A DNA stretch of 64,000 nt from NCBI RefSeq assembly GCF_000315625.1, contig NW_005434576.1, positions 1-64,000 of the forward strand, given 5' to 3'. Positions within the stretch are counted from its first letter, which is position 1. Each line of letters starts with the position of its first letter. Of this stretch, positions 49,487-63,450 are shown one piece after another. The notes under the pieces are model-generated. The model worked only from the letters and a program-made list of their open reading frames with translations. It ran no database searches and had not been told where the DNA came from. The stretch is from Guillardia theta CCMP2712 (Eukaryota > Protista > Cryptophyta). A program made the translations under genes and the position numbers.

Positions 49487-52400
49487 TGAAGAGAAGCGGG
49501 AAAATGAAGAAGCCGCCGCACAGGAGTTGGTGACGGGAGGGGGGGAGGGGGGTTGGTGAGAGAGAAGGGGAGAGAAGGGGAGAGAGGGGGAGAGAGATAG
49601 AGCAATAGAAGGGGAAAGCGAGGCAGGGAGGCAGGGAGGGAGGGGCTGGGAGGGAGAGTCGGAGGAGAAGGGTGTGGGGGGTGAAGGAAGATATGTCGGG
49701 GTATACGTTGGTCAACCCGTTGGTGTCCGAGCTGAAGAAGATGATGGAAGAGGAGGTGAATCTTAGCCTTTCTTGCTTCCACTCCTCACTTCCTCCCTCC
49801 TGCCCAGCGCTTCCGAGAGGCTCTTGCCTGTGTCGAGAAGGAGCTAAGTGAGCGCGTTGCAGCCCTTCTCCTCCTCGATGACTGCAGTATGGCAGATGCT
49901 GAGATCAGCAGGCACCTCAGGGCTGAGCTTCTTGCCCTACGATGCTCCTTGTACCAACATGCAGGAGGCAAGGGAGGAGGAGGAGGAGGAGGAGGATGAG
50001 GAGGAGGAGGCTTGTTTACTGACATCTCTTCCTGTTCTGCAGCTGAGCAGAAAGCACTTGCAGATGCTGATGAGTGCATCAAGCTGACGCCAGACGTGAC
50101 GGGGGGATACCTGCTCAAGGGACAGATCCTGAGCTCCTTGAAGCAGTTCGGAGATGCGCTGAATGTAGTGAAGCTCGGCATGGCGAGATGCAAGGAGGTG
50201 GCTGAGTTGGAGGAGCTGCTATCGTCCATCCAAGGGAAGATGGAGTTCAGGGATGCCAAGACGTCGCTGGAGCGCGGAGATGCTAGAAAATCTATCCACA
50301 TCCTCACTAAGTTGGTCCGACAGTCGGGGGAGCTTCCTGTTGACCTGTTCAAGGTCAAGCTGCAGAGAAGCAGGGCGTTTGTCAGCGAGAGAAAGTGGCA
50401 GGAGGCGCTGGAGGATGCGCGAGAATGTGTCCGACTGTGTCCGAGGGACACCCGTGCGTGGATGGTGAGGGAGCGAGTTGTAATGATGTTTCTGGTGCTG
50501 GTGCTGGTGCTGGTGCTGGTGCTGGTGCTGGTGCTGGTGCTGCTAATGCTGTTGATGATGGATGTGGTAATGGTGATATAGTGCAGATGATGATGGAAGA
50601 AGGGAAGGAAAGCAACGAAGAAGAAGAAGATGACATAAGTTTGCAGGCGCTCTCCACTGCATATGACGGGATGGGGAGGATGCAGGAGGCAAGAGCCGCC
50701 TACTACAAGTCTCTTGACTTTGGAAAGAAGGTGCGGCTGTAACAAGTCACGATGCGCCGAAGATGATTCACACAGGATGAGGGAGACATGTTCCTCAAGG
50801 AGTTTGATAAGATGGATAGACTCCACCAGCGGGTAAGTGAGGAAAGAGGAAGAGGGAGGAAAATGAGAGAAGGAGGAGAACAGTGCATGGAAGTTGGTAG
50901 GGAGGTTGTGGAGATGAAGTGCGAAAGGAGGAGGAGGAGGAGATGCAGGAGAAGGGAGAGAGGCACGGGAGTAGGTAGAATGCGAGAAGAAGGGAAGTAT
51001 CCAGTGGATATTGTCAAAGTCTGAGCAGGTTGTTTTCCAGGGAAACGCCTTGTTTTATGACCACCAGTTCCACGATGCCGAAGTATGTTACACCGATGCC
51101 ATCAAGTTGAACTTGTCGGTGAGATTCAATCTTCATCAAATCTGATTTCTCGTCAATACTGCTTCCAAGTTTTCATCTCCTTCTTTTTGCTTCACCTGTG
51201 TTTCTACTCCTGCTCGATTTGCTTTACTTTCCTCCTCGTGATCTTCGTTCCATGTCCTTTGTTGTTTGTTGTTTGTTGTTTGTTCTTGTTCTTCTTTGAA
51301 AGGCAAGTTTCTAGTTGTCGCCAGCGGATGCATGGGAAGAACACTTTCAAGGCAAAATCTCAGCCAAGAAACGACTGCAGAGGCTAGCAGAGTTGTATTC
51401 AAACAGAAGTGCATGTTATGTTGCAAGGAATGAGTTCAAAGCTGCAATCAGTGACGCGAAGGTATCATGTCGTTTCATGTCATTGAGGTCTGACATATAG
51501 TAGGAGTGCATGAAGATTGCTCCGACGTGGCCGAGAGCTCATTTCAGGTTGTTGAGAGGAGGAGGAGGAGGAATGAAGGGAGGGCGGAGCATGAGTGAAA
51601 AGGAAAGAGCAGAGAACACTCACATAAAGAAATGACATGTGATGTCGGCAGAAGGAGGAGGAGAGTCAAGATGCTAGGAGAGGAGAAAGAAGGACGGGAG
51701 AGAAGATGAGATTAGAGGAGAGAGGGGAGAGGAGGGAGGAGGGAGGAGGGAGGAGGGAGGAGGGAGGAGGGAGGAGAGTTCAGAAAAGAGGCTTTGACGT
51801 GTTCTGTTTGTCAGGCTCGGGTCTTCCTTGTTCGAGTCAGTCAAGCAGGCAAACTTAGCAGAGCTTTACATGCGGAGCGACACAGGTAGAGCAAGTGAGG
51901 GGGGAGCGACAGGGATAGAGAGGGAAGAGAGCCAGTTTGATGGGATGTGAGGAGAGGAGAGGAGAGGAGAGACGGAAAAGGGGAGAAAAAAGAGAGAGGA
52001 GGAGAGGGGAGGGGAGGGGAGGGGAGAAGAATCAGAGGGGAGAGGAATAGCGAAAAGGAGGACGTCTGAAGTGAACTGGCGCAGGAGATCTACGAGATCT
52101 GATCCGAGCAGAGCGAGCATTAAAGAAAGGATTTGAACTCGCTCCTCCTCCTGGCGACCAAGGTAGTAGCTTGAGGAGGAGAAGAGGAGGAGGAGGAGGA
52201 GAGTAAGGAGCAGGAGGAGAGCGAGGAGGAGGAGAAAGAGGAGGAGGAGAAAGAGGAGGAGAAAGAGGAGGAGAAAGAGGAGGAGGAGGACAGTACAGAG
52301 AGATACTGACTTCGTGTCTTCCTTCAGCTTGTCTCGACAAGTTGTCGGAGCTACAAGATTTCAAGGCTGCCACTCTTGAAGGAGCGGAGGAGGAAGAGAT

Positions 52401-53252
52401 GAAAGCGCGCAAGGTCAGACCTCCTTCTCCCCTCTCTCTCCTCTCTGCTGATGCTCCCATTTCTTCCGCAGCTCTTTGCAGCATCAAACATGTCTGCTGC
52501 TGCTGCTCGCCTTGAAAACGTTGAGAGAAAAAACCTGATTATGCTTTTGCTTGCTCCTCCTGCTCCGCCTCGTTCTCCAATTCGTCCTTCTCCTCCTCCT
52601 GCTCTTGTTCTTGGCCTGCTGCACCTCTTTCTCCTGCTCTTCCTGTTGCTCCTGCTGTTGATCTTCTTCACCCCTCTTCCTCCGCTTCCTCCGCTTCTGA
52701 TGACCAGAACTCAGTGTTGACTTTCTCCTGCTGCTCACTTAAATTTCCAGGCTCTCCACCTCACCGCCTGCGTGTACGGCAGAGACAGCAAGGAAGTGTT
52801 GGAAAGACTGCGGGACATCGCAGATCTGAACGACGTTGTTGGTGAGCATGGAAGAGGATAGGATGAGGATGAGGACGAGGATGAGGAGGGGGAAGAAGAA
52901 GAGGAGGAAGATTGGGAAACTAGTAGAAGTAGTAGAAGGAGGAGGAGGAAGAACGGGAGGGAGACCCGGTTGGGAAGGTGAGAACGAGATCCCGCAGGAA
53001 ACTACGAGTCGACGATCCCCATCAGGACGAGGTTAATGCAAGAGAAGGTGAAGAGAGGAGGAGGAGGAGGAGGAGGAGGAGGAGGAGGTGTGGGGGGGGA
53101 GGGGGGAGAGGAGGAGGAGGAGGAGGAGAAGGAGGAGGAGGAGGAGGATGTGGGTACAACAAGAGATTGCTGCCACCTCAATTTGTTCTGAGCAGCCGAT
53201 GAGCATGGTCAGAGCCCTTGACCTTGCGTTAGCCTACAAGGTGTTCTTTCCG

Positions 53253-53296
<44 letters not shown>

Positions 53297-54458
53297 GCTC
53301 TCCTCCTCCTCATTTTATCCGTCCCCGTTGCCCTGCTCCCGTTCAACAGTTTCTTCTTTTCCTCTTTCTTCCTCCTCTTCTCTCGTCTTCCCCAATCATC
53401 TAACATTATGAAGAATTGCAAACAATATGAATCAGCTGTGTTTGTCTACAAACAAGTTCTTCAAAACCTCAACACTCAGTGCGAGGTGAGGAGGGTGAAT
53501 CTTGAATTCCTTTCCTCTTGCCTCCCCTCTTCGTCCTCCTGTTTCACCTGCTTCCCTGCTCCCTTGTATTCCTCTTCCTCTTCCTCTTCCTCTTCCTCTT
53601 CCTCTTCCTCTTCCTCTTCCTCTTCCTCTTTCTACTAATCGACTTCCTCGTCATCCTCTTCCTTCTCAGACTTTTCCTTCTCCACCTTCCCCAATCATTT
53701 TCGGTTTTGCAAGGCCACCATAGAAGAAGCGCTGGCCATGAACGAGATCGCGGGTTTTCCCATCTTCTCCTCCTCCTCCCTCCCTCAACGCGTGTCAGGA
53801 TGCTATAGGGAGATGAATCAGCCGCAGCAGGCGTACCAAGTCTTGCAGCTTGTCAGTTGTTCTTTGAATGATTGTTTTCTCTGTGGTTCCTGACATGCTG
53901 GCGAGTTTCGCTGATACTGCATTCACTTGTCAAACTATTTCATCTCTTCCTTCCTTATTTGACTTTTCATCTTCTTCTCACATTATTCCATGATATCATC
54001 TTCTCCGAACATCACATCAACGCTCGTTTTCTTGGATGTATTCTTTTGACAATGTGATGTAATCCTAAGATGTCTTTCAACTGACGACGTGTTTCTCTTG
54101 TACCGCAACTTCTCTTCTCTTGTACCCTGATCCTCTTGCAGGCTGTTGAGCTCTCTAGAAGGCTTGGAGGAGACGTAAGAGGAGGGAGGAGGGAGGAGGG
54201 AGGAGGGAGGAGGGAGGAGGGAAGGAAGGGAGTACATCTAGGAGGAAAAGGAGGAGATATTAACTTTTCTTTGTCTCACATCAAACGTTTCTCAGCTCTC
54301 GTCTCTGTATGCCATGACGTTGCAGAATCTCCTGATAATTCTCAACATGATGGGAACGTGAGTCTGCTCTACTTGTCCTGCAGCTGATTCTCTTTCTTGT
54401 GTTCTCCCAGCCGCCAGTTTGAGGCTCAGGAGCTGAAGAAGAGAGCGTCAAAGTAAGC

Positions 54459-54523
<65 letters not shown>

Positions 54524-55199
54524 CCTCCTTCTCCTCGTCCTTGTCCTCGTCCTCGTCCTCCTCCTCCTTGTGTTGAGCATCCTCTCAAAGCATTGCTACC
54601 TGTCCTCTGCATGACATTCCTGTCAGGCTCCTCCGCCACATGCCCGCAAAGGATGGGACTGAGAAGAGCGGCAATTCTCCTCCCCTCTGCTCTGCTCTGC
54701 TCTGCTCTGCTCTGCTCTGCTCTGCTCTGCTCCTCTCTCTTTTCTTCCCCTTTCCGTCCTGTCGTCAGACATGACTTGCCTCGCAGTCTTCTCGCTCAGC
54801 CTGGACATCTGGATGACTACTGAAGATGTCTTCAATGTCAACCGATGGCCCAACAGAGTCGTCAGGAATATGGTCCTTCATCCCTCAGCTGCTGCTGCTG
54901 CTGCTGCTGCTGCTGCGCTTGTTTCTCTTCTGCCTATCATTCCCATTTTCCTCCTCTTCCTCTTCCTCTTCCTCCTTCTTTCTGTCTCTGTCTTCTCAAT
55001 CTCGCTACTTCTTCTTCTGCTCCCTTCCATCTCCCTCCTTCTTTCCCTTCTCCTCAACTCTGATCTTTGACGGGGTTGCAGCCTGTGGACCTTGACATGT
55101 CGAGTTTTGACATGAGGAGTTCGAAGAGTCTTGACGTAAGGAGTTCGAGAGGGAGTGAATCACATGTGACTAGAAGCGTTCATGAAGAAGGTTGTTGCA

Positions 55200-55266
<67 letters not shown>

Positions 55267-55971
55267 CACCCTTGTTTCTTTCACTGTCCTCATGATACCT
55301 ACAGAGGCTCATCACAGCCTCCTCGACCTCAACCTCACTCCTCGTCTCGTCGATGACTCTGCCGTCCGTCGCCTCTCCGTCGCCAGTACCCCCCACACTC
55401 GCGACAAACTTGCTGCCAATCGCGAAGGTCTCCTCTACCTCCTTCTCTCTGCTCCGTGCTCCATGCCCCCTTCTCCCTGCCGCTCTTTCTGCTGCCTCTG
55501 CTCCATCCTCGTCTTTCATTCCTCAAGTCTTCCTCCTGCACTTCTTCTCTCTGGTCCTCACCTCTTCCTCTGCACGCAGACGGCTCGGTCAGAGGCATCA
55601 CCCCAACTTTCGCTGCAGTCCATCGGGACGGCCAGAGCTCCGTCGCCACCTCCGTCGAGTCAGGGCGATCGCTCTCAAGGGTTGAGAAGGTACGAGGAGT
55701 GGCAAGAGAGCCTTGCTAATAGGGGGGGAGGAGGAAGAAGAGGAGGGGAAAGGAAGGAGTAGAAAGGATGATCGTAATGATGACGAGGAGAACGTGGTGG
55801 TGGTGGTGGTGGAGGAGGAGGAGGAGGACGAGGTGTGAGGAGGAGGAGAGGGGGGGGGGGAAGGAGGTGTATGGCTTGACTCGTGGGTAGATGCTGCAGG
55901 AAAGAGCAGCAAAGAGAGCAGTGGAGGAACAGCGGCGCGCAGAGACGCGTCCAGCCAACTACATTCGATGA
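49487..55971 (+). CDS. tetratricopeptide-repeat protein, many exons (could be two genes)
   Basis: TPR motifs ALADADECIKLTP..GYLLKG, ALEDARECVRLCP, GNALFY, LYSNRSACY..AISDAK and APTWPRAHFR. Confidence 0.7.
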
Positions 55972-56135
55972 GGGGGGGGTGCGTTTGGAGGAGGAGACGA
56001 GGAGGAGGCAACAAGGAGGGAGAAGGGGTTTGGAAGAATCGTATCATCATGTATATATCTTGTATGCCTGCAGCCTCCTCCTGCTCCTCAACTCCTGCTC
56101 CTTCTCCTTGCCTCTGGGTTCTCAGTTCGCTATCT

Positions 56136-56521
56136 TCATCGTTGGATCGCAGCAAGATCCCACACCATCTCAGTCGTAGACTTCCCCTGCCTTCAAGAAC
56201 ATCAGTGCTCAGCTTCATACTCTCCTCCTCCTCCTCCTCCTCTCCCTTCCTCCTATCCCTTCCTCCCTCACCTCGCTGTGAGGATCTCGACGCCAGTCTC
56301 TGTGACCAGGAAGGTGTGCTCAAACTGAGCAGACCTGAGAAGAAACAACTTGAGCACCCGGTATCCTCTTACTCCTCCTCCTCCTCACCTCTTTCCATCT
56401 CGTGTTACGGCTGTCCATCCATCCGGCCATGAGGTATCTTGCCAGTTCGATCCCAAGTTGATCATCGGCTCGATCTGATGTACAGCAACTTGCACGTCAC
56501 CACCCGCACAACTGAAGACAC

Positions 56522-56560
<39 letters not shown>

Positions 56561-57125
56561 GGACGCATCCTGCCTCTCAATCCTCTCACTCCCTCCTGGA
56601 TCTCTTTCCCCCCTTCTCTCATCTTTCGCTCTCTCTCGCTACTTCGCAATTCACTCTCACCGTGAAGGTATGACCAGCCTTCATGATACCGACAGCCTTG
56701 TTCTTCTTGTAGTGAGGGATGTTTGGTGTCGTGTGGAAGAGGTTCCCAATACCGTGACCTGCAGGCAAAACGAATCAACTGAAGTTTTAACCGACCGACA
56801 TCCCAAAAATCTAAAATCTCAGCGGAGGTCTAAAAACAGAAACAACACATAACCAGCTGCAAAGTCTCAACCAACTGGTAGGGACTTTCTCCTTCGTTCC
56901 TACTTCTCTTCTTGGCCCCTCTTCTTGCTGACTGCCTGCCTGCCTGCTTCTCACCGCAGTATCCTTTCACGACGGCACACCCGTTGGCAGCAGCAACGTG
57001 TGAGATTGTGGCGCCGAGATCGCGATACATGGTGCCAGGACGGATCATCTCGCATGCTGCCTGCAGCAGAATGTAAGAAGCAACTTTCTTCTGTTCTTCA
57101 TCAGCATCTCTACAGTCACAATTGC

Positions 57126-57211
<86 letters not shown>

Positions 57212-58526
57212 CCTCCTCCTCCTCCTCCTCCTCCTCCATATCATCATCCTCTCCATGACAGAAATCACGGTCAACTTGCCTTCAAGCAGTCGTAGGCTGT
57301 CTTCACTAGCTTCACACTTTCTTCATCGCACTTCCCAATCAAATAGGTCTCGTTGAGATCTCCATGATACAGTTTGCCCTGTCGCAACCCGTCTCATTTC
57401 AACCCACTTTCCTGTCACAACGACATCTTCTACCTTGTACTCCACACAGACCGTCACGTCCAGGTTGACAATGTCTCCATCCTGCGAAAACTTCAACATG
57501 ACGCTCCAAAAACACCAGTACCACCAGCCCCAACCCCAACCCCAACCCCAGTCCTCTCATTCTTTTCCTCCTCTACCTGGATGGGCCTGCAGTCTGGAAT
57601 TCCATGGCAGATAACCTCATTGGGGCTAACGCAGACGGACTTGGGGAACTGATGGTAGTTCAAGGGGGAGGGGTAGCAGTTGCGTTCCATGCATGCCGCG
57701 TGAACGATGCGGTCGATCTCATCCCCTGTCACTCCAGCTCGGAGGAACCTTGCCGCAATGTCTAGCACCTCTCTTCCGAGCCTTCCAGCCAGTCTCATCC
57801 CCTCGATAGAGTCGCCCTCCTTCACGTCCACCAACGTGCTCCTCTTCGCCTCGATTTCTCCTAACGGGATCGACTTCTCCGCATAGTCCGGCTGGGCGAT
57901 GTGAGGAGGGACCTTGACTTGAGGGGTGACGTACGCAGGACGGAGCGATCCCGTGAAGTCGTAGCCGCGGAAGATGGGCGGCATCTCGAGCCGCTTGTCC
58001 GCTGGCACCATGTCCACTAGGTAGGCAGTTTCGGTGAGAATCTTCTTGCACCACTCGTCGAAAGCTGCCTTGTCTCTCGCCTTCTCCTGCTGCTTCTTCT
58101 TCTTGGCATTCTTCTTCTTCTTCGCCTCCTCGCTTTCTTCTTTCCCCTCCTCGTTCTCATTCTCCGAGGGTTTGAACTCGCTGTTCGCGGTCTCCTGCAT
58201 TATGAGGCCGTTTTCCTGCATGATCTTTTTGACCTTCTTCTCGGAGACTTCTAAGTTCTTGGTTTCCTTCAAGAAAGACCATACCCTCTTGATCCCAAAG
58301 TCAGGATGCTCCTCCTTGACCTCCCTGCAAGACAAGTTTCAGAAACCACGCCCCCCTCCAGTCGATCCGATTCCTCTACATGATCACTCCCAGGGCACGG
58401 GCATATCGAGCCGGACTTGCTCTCACGAGCTGCATCAACACATCGCATCCTCGTTCATCCCTCCTCTCACCTGATCGCTTGCAGCAGCGCCTCCCCTTCC
58501 ATCGCCTGCTTCCCGTCGTCCTCCAT
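56136..58526 (-). CDS. METAP1: methionine aminopeptidase type 1, multi-exon
   Basis: Motifs [65 protein letters not shown] and SAQFEHT. Confidence 0.93.
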
Positions 58527-59107
58527 GACTGCACGCGCGCCCACCAGCGGTAGCTGACCGTTACATTCCAGGGAAACCGTTTCACATTCTGTCCGTCAGT
58601 TACGTTTCTCGTTATTTGGCACTCTGTAGGTGTAACGTTAAAATAACGGTCATGTGATTAGTCAACGTGCGACTCTTGGCGGTGGGCATGCAGCGGTGAG
58701 TGTCTGTTGGGGGCGGAGGAGGGAGGAGGGAGGAGATGGAGGGAGAGGAGAGGAGAGGAGGGAGGGTAAACTCATCAGACAGGAGGGGAGAGACGAAGAG
58801 GATGGGAGAGGAAAGGAAGTTCTCCTTGGAGGTGAAGTGATTGATGGGATCCCAAAGGAGAGAAGGAAGTAGAAGATTTTGTGGAGACCCTTATCACGGC
58901 CAATTTTAGCAAGATGAGCAGAAGATTGAGTGAAGAACCTATGATAATGATGATGAAAGTTGTAGAAGTATGTTTGGGGTGCGGTTGCCATGGTTTGAAG
59001 TACAACACTTGCGTTTCTTACGGCAATCGACAGGATGTAAAGGAGATCGAAGGTTTTGTACTGGAACAGAACTTTTGGTGTGATAAATCCTTTGATCTGC
59101 ATTGAAG

Positions 59108-61553
59108 ATGGCAACGGGTCTTGACGACAACTTCGTGACCACCGACTACCGCCAACTGGCGTCATACCCCGTCCGCAGCACAGGAGGGTATGGAGGAGAG
59201 GACGTTCCCCTCATCTCGGGGCAGAATGGAGCTCCCGTGACCTTCACTCAAATCGAGCACGTTCCGACACAGTCCATCGGGAACCATCAACCATCTTTGA
59301 TCCACATCGATGGCAAGGACGTGTGAGTATCTGCTCCTCCTCGACCAGGATGCTGCGTCTGACACCGCCTGTTGCAGTGATGTCCCCAAGTACGAGTTCC
59401 CGGGGTGGGTCCCTCCCACTGAGCTGAAGCTCGAGACCCTTGAGGCTGTGGACAAGAAGTCGTTGCATCATCCTTCGCGGGGAGTGTTGGGTGAGATCTA
59501 TGCCACTGCCATCGCTGGCAACGACGTCACCTCTTCGGTCTTGTACATCGTCGGTGTCACCAGCACGCTTGCTGGGCAGTTGTCACCGATCTGCATGTTG
59601 CTTGCTGGATGTGTCTTGTACCTGTTCAAGGCCATCATCGGCGAGGTTGGTGTTCGAGGAGATAGTGTGTTCCATTCACGTTTCCTGACAGGCCGGGTCC
59701 GCGATTCCTCTGAATGGAGGCGCGTACAGTCTTCTTCTTAACACAACCACCAAGCCCATGGCTGCTCTTGCCGCATGTTTGACGCTCTTGTCGTACGTGG
59801 CGACGGCAGTAGTGAGTGCCACAGAGTGCATGACATACGCCTCCAACTTGGTTCCGGAGCTGGATGTCTACTGGGGCACCATCATCCTGCTGGCATTGGT
59901 GTGTATCTTGTGCATCCTGGGAATCACTGAGTGCGCCTTCCTTGCGGTTGGAGTTTTCATCGTGCATATCGCGTCCATGTGCTTCTTGATTGCTGTGGCC
60001 GCCACATTCATGGTGCAGAACCCCGAGATCATGGCAGCCAACCTGCGCGAGCCTCTCAAGTACGACTGGCCCCTGTCGCTCATCTTCGGCTTCTGCGTTG
60101 CCTTGCTCGGAGTCACGGGGTATGAAACTTCGGTCAACTACATCGAAGAGCAGCAGAAGGGCGTGTTCTTCAAGACTCTGTTCAACACTTGGCTGATCGT
60201 GTTCCTGATGAATCCAGCCCTCTCCATCGTCTGCATGGGGGTATTGGACCTCAACACCATCGAGTCGCATCACCGAGATGTTCTTGCCAAGGTGGCGTAT
60301 GACGCTGGCGGGAAGTACTTTGGCCTGTGGATTGCAGCAGATGCATGCACGGTGTTGCTAGGATCGCTCATCACGGCCTTCGTTGGCATGACCGGAGTTG
60401 CGAGGAGGCTCGCACTCGATCGCTGCCTGCCGCAATTCCTTCTTGCTGAGAATAGATGGAGGAGGACCAATCATCTCATTCCCTTCACCTTCTTTGTGGT
60501 GTGCACCCTCCTCTTCGTGCTGCTCAACGGAAGCGTCAGGTCCCTGGCCAACGTCTACTCCCTGGCGTTCTTGTGTGTCATGAGCTTGTACGCCATCGGA
60601 ACGATGATCCTCAAGTACAAGAGAGGATCGATCCGACGAGCGGTCAAGGCATCTTGGCCTACCTGCTTCGCTGCGCTGGCGTTCAGTGCCATTGCAATCC
60701 TCGGGAACGTCCTTCTGGCTCCGAACCACCTCATCTGGTTCATCATCTATTTCGGAATCGTCTCAGTTGTCATGCTGGGCATGTTTGAACGAGTTCGCGT
60801 GCTCAAGTGGTTTTTGTACGCTCTGTCACAGAGCCCTCAGTCATGGCAAGATCGCTTCGCCGGCGTCACGCAGATGGTGAGGAGAATTGAGTTGTTATTG
60901 ACGCTACTTGTAGAATTCATCGACTAATCATGTCTCCGTGCAGGCGATGGACAAGATTCGGAGTCAGAAGGTTGCTTTCTTTGCAACCAGCGAGAACCTG
61001 GAGATCCTTTCGAAGGCTGTTGCTTACATCCAGAGCAATGAGCTGACTAAGTGGATCAAGGTATGTACCCCAATCTTGCTCCATGTGGAGCTGATAGACT
61101 TTTATTGCAGATCGTCTACCTTTATGAGGATCTCAACGACCCTGTTATCAAGCGATTGGCAGAGAATCTTCGTGTAAGTTCACAGCTGAACGCCTTTTGT
61201 CTCCGCTCCCTTTCCTCTACTCTTGTTACTACTCTCCTACAGCCTTTCCTTGCCTTTGCATTATCGCTTCCTGCCTCTTCTTTTCCGAATCTCATCGGCG
61301 GATCTTTCAGGTCATCGACCGCTGCTACCCTAAGATGGTCTTCGACCTCGTGCTGGTAAACCAGGACATGTCGCCCGAGGTTGTTGCTCAGATCTCTCTC
61401 CGTCTTGGTATCCCTCGTAACTTCATGTTCATCTCTTGCCCTCCTGAGGTGAACTCTTGTTTTCTTCTCCCTTGACCTGTAAGCTCATTGCCGTGACAGA
61501 ACGTCGTGCTGGACATCGCGGAGTATGGAGGCCTTCGAATCATAACGCATTGA
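59108..61553 (+). CDS. APC-superfamily amino acid permease with C-terminal cytosolic domain
   Basis: Motifs ATAIAGNDVTSSVLY, PLNGGAY, GVTGYETSVNYIEEQ and LALDRCLPQF; about 12 hydrophobic segments. Confidence 0.9.
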
Positions 61554-61864
61554 GAGGACAACAAGACGTCGTCATGGATTATTCTTACTCGTTCAAGAGC
61601 GTTTGGAAAACAATGCGAAAAAATTGAAATACACGATTCTTTCTCTGATTCGCATGTTATTGCCCGATGTGAAGGCATCGCGTGAGGATGTCAGGCTCCT
61701 AAGAAACCTTCTCTTGTCTTCACCAATCTGGCACATGAGTGACAAGACACTTGTTGGTTCAGCTTAATTGCATTTATCATGATCACCATTCGTGAGGAAT
61801 TTGTGTTATCAGAGTGAAACTTATATCTGGGGTATCCTTCAATCAAAAAAGGCCTTGTTGAAAC

Positions 61865-62138
61865 TCACGACTTCTGCATGAAGAAAACCAGCGCACCAAC
61901 GATGACGGCAATTGCCGCAACCACCATGACAATCATCATGGCACCGCCGCCATCGCCCTTGGAGAAGTCCTTGTTCTCGACTCCGTACCTTCCTCTGAGC
62001 TGAGAAGCAGATAGAGAGTTGTCAGGTGCCGAGCCCCCTCGACCTACCGCACGCGAGTCATGCTCCTTCCCCTCTGCTCGCTGCTGTGTTACCGTAGCGC
62101 TGTCGAAGCTGGGAGGCACTCATCTCATCGTCCGCCAT
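61865..62138 (-). CDS. small tail-anchored membrane protein
   Basis: MADDEMSASQLRQRY / ...LSASQLRGRYG... followed by C-terminal TM helix MMIVMVVAAIAVIVGALVFF. Confidence 0.6.
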
Positions 62139-63199
62139 GTCTCTGGTGTTGGTTGTAGCCTATGAAGAACTCAGGGAGGAAGTTCTGAGCAAACTCAAAG
62201 GTTCAGATGAGATGACGATACAAGTAAGGAAGGAGAAAGTGATCATGACTCTAGAAAAGTTCCTTCAAGGAAACAAACGTTCCTCCATCTTCGATCTGCG
62301 CATTCCTATCCTGCCAAATTCACCTTTGCCTTACTCTCCCACACCTCTTTCTTCTCGAAGAACAACCACTATCTGGTCAGTCTGTGACGTCATCAAGAAG
62401 AGGCCAGCATTGGTTACCGAGAGTCTACCTGACATAACAACCTGAGGGAGAGACTATAGAGATGAGACTTTACTCCTGCCTCTCAACAATCTCCTCTTTC
62501 AGGTCGTTACCATCTTCTCACATAGGTGTCACTCTCATCTCAATCTGCCTTTACTCTTTCTCTCATCGACAGCCTCCTCTGCAAGTCAAATCCACATTGC
62601 TAGGCCCGTTTCTTGCCCTCCTTCCTCTCCCAGCACCCCTTTATTGCTGCACACACCTGTATCATCCGCTTCACTGACCACATTTCACACAAACCTCGAA
62701 ACATGCAGCCACCATCTGCCTATTCATCACGTCTATACCTACTACCTAAACAAATGACACTGTCCCCCCGCTTCCGCTTTTGCACCGCTCGCCTTCGCCG
62801 TCACCGTCGCAATCCCCTGCCCCCCCCCCTTCCCCCCACTCTCATTCCTCTCCTCGCCTCTTCCTTCTTCCCCTCTCTTGTCTCCTCCCTCCTCCCTCTC
62901 CCTCTCCTTCTGCTCCCTCCTCCTTCCCTTGGCATCCACCAATTTCAGCTTCGTCGTCACGCATTGGTGGTGGGGACCCCACCAAATTGAATATCACCCC
63001 TCATCTCCACACCTCCATATCTCAAAAATTGCTATACCCCTACTAATATCCGTTAGGTACCATACTAAATGAGAGGTACTTTGAGTACCCCATCGACGGA
63101 CTACCCTACTCAGACTCGATACCACCCAATAAAATGTCACAGACCCCTACTACTTCCCCTCACTTGTGGTGGGTGATACTCATCCCCCTCATTCCCCTC

Positions 63200-63450
63200 T
63201 ACTGCCCCGAACATCTGCCCGATCATCCGGCTCGGCCCGAGTCAGTTCCCGGAGTCTGTTCCGGCATGATGCGGCAACTTGCCGGACTCAAGCACACTGC
63301 CATGTGACTCCGAGCCGCCGGGCCGCTGTGAGTCGGGCCGCCGGGCCGGGTATCCGGGCGGGTCGGCCTCAGTCTCGTCCAGCCCAATGGCGTACTGTAC
63401 CGTACACCGACTCCGCCAAGCCGGGATAGACTCAGTGAGTCATCGGACTG
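63200..63450. promoter_or_regulatory. GC-rich island flanked by TACCC tracts
   Basis: CCGG, GACTC/GAGTC and GTACCGTAC words, as in the other islands. Confidence 0.45.
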
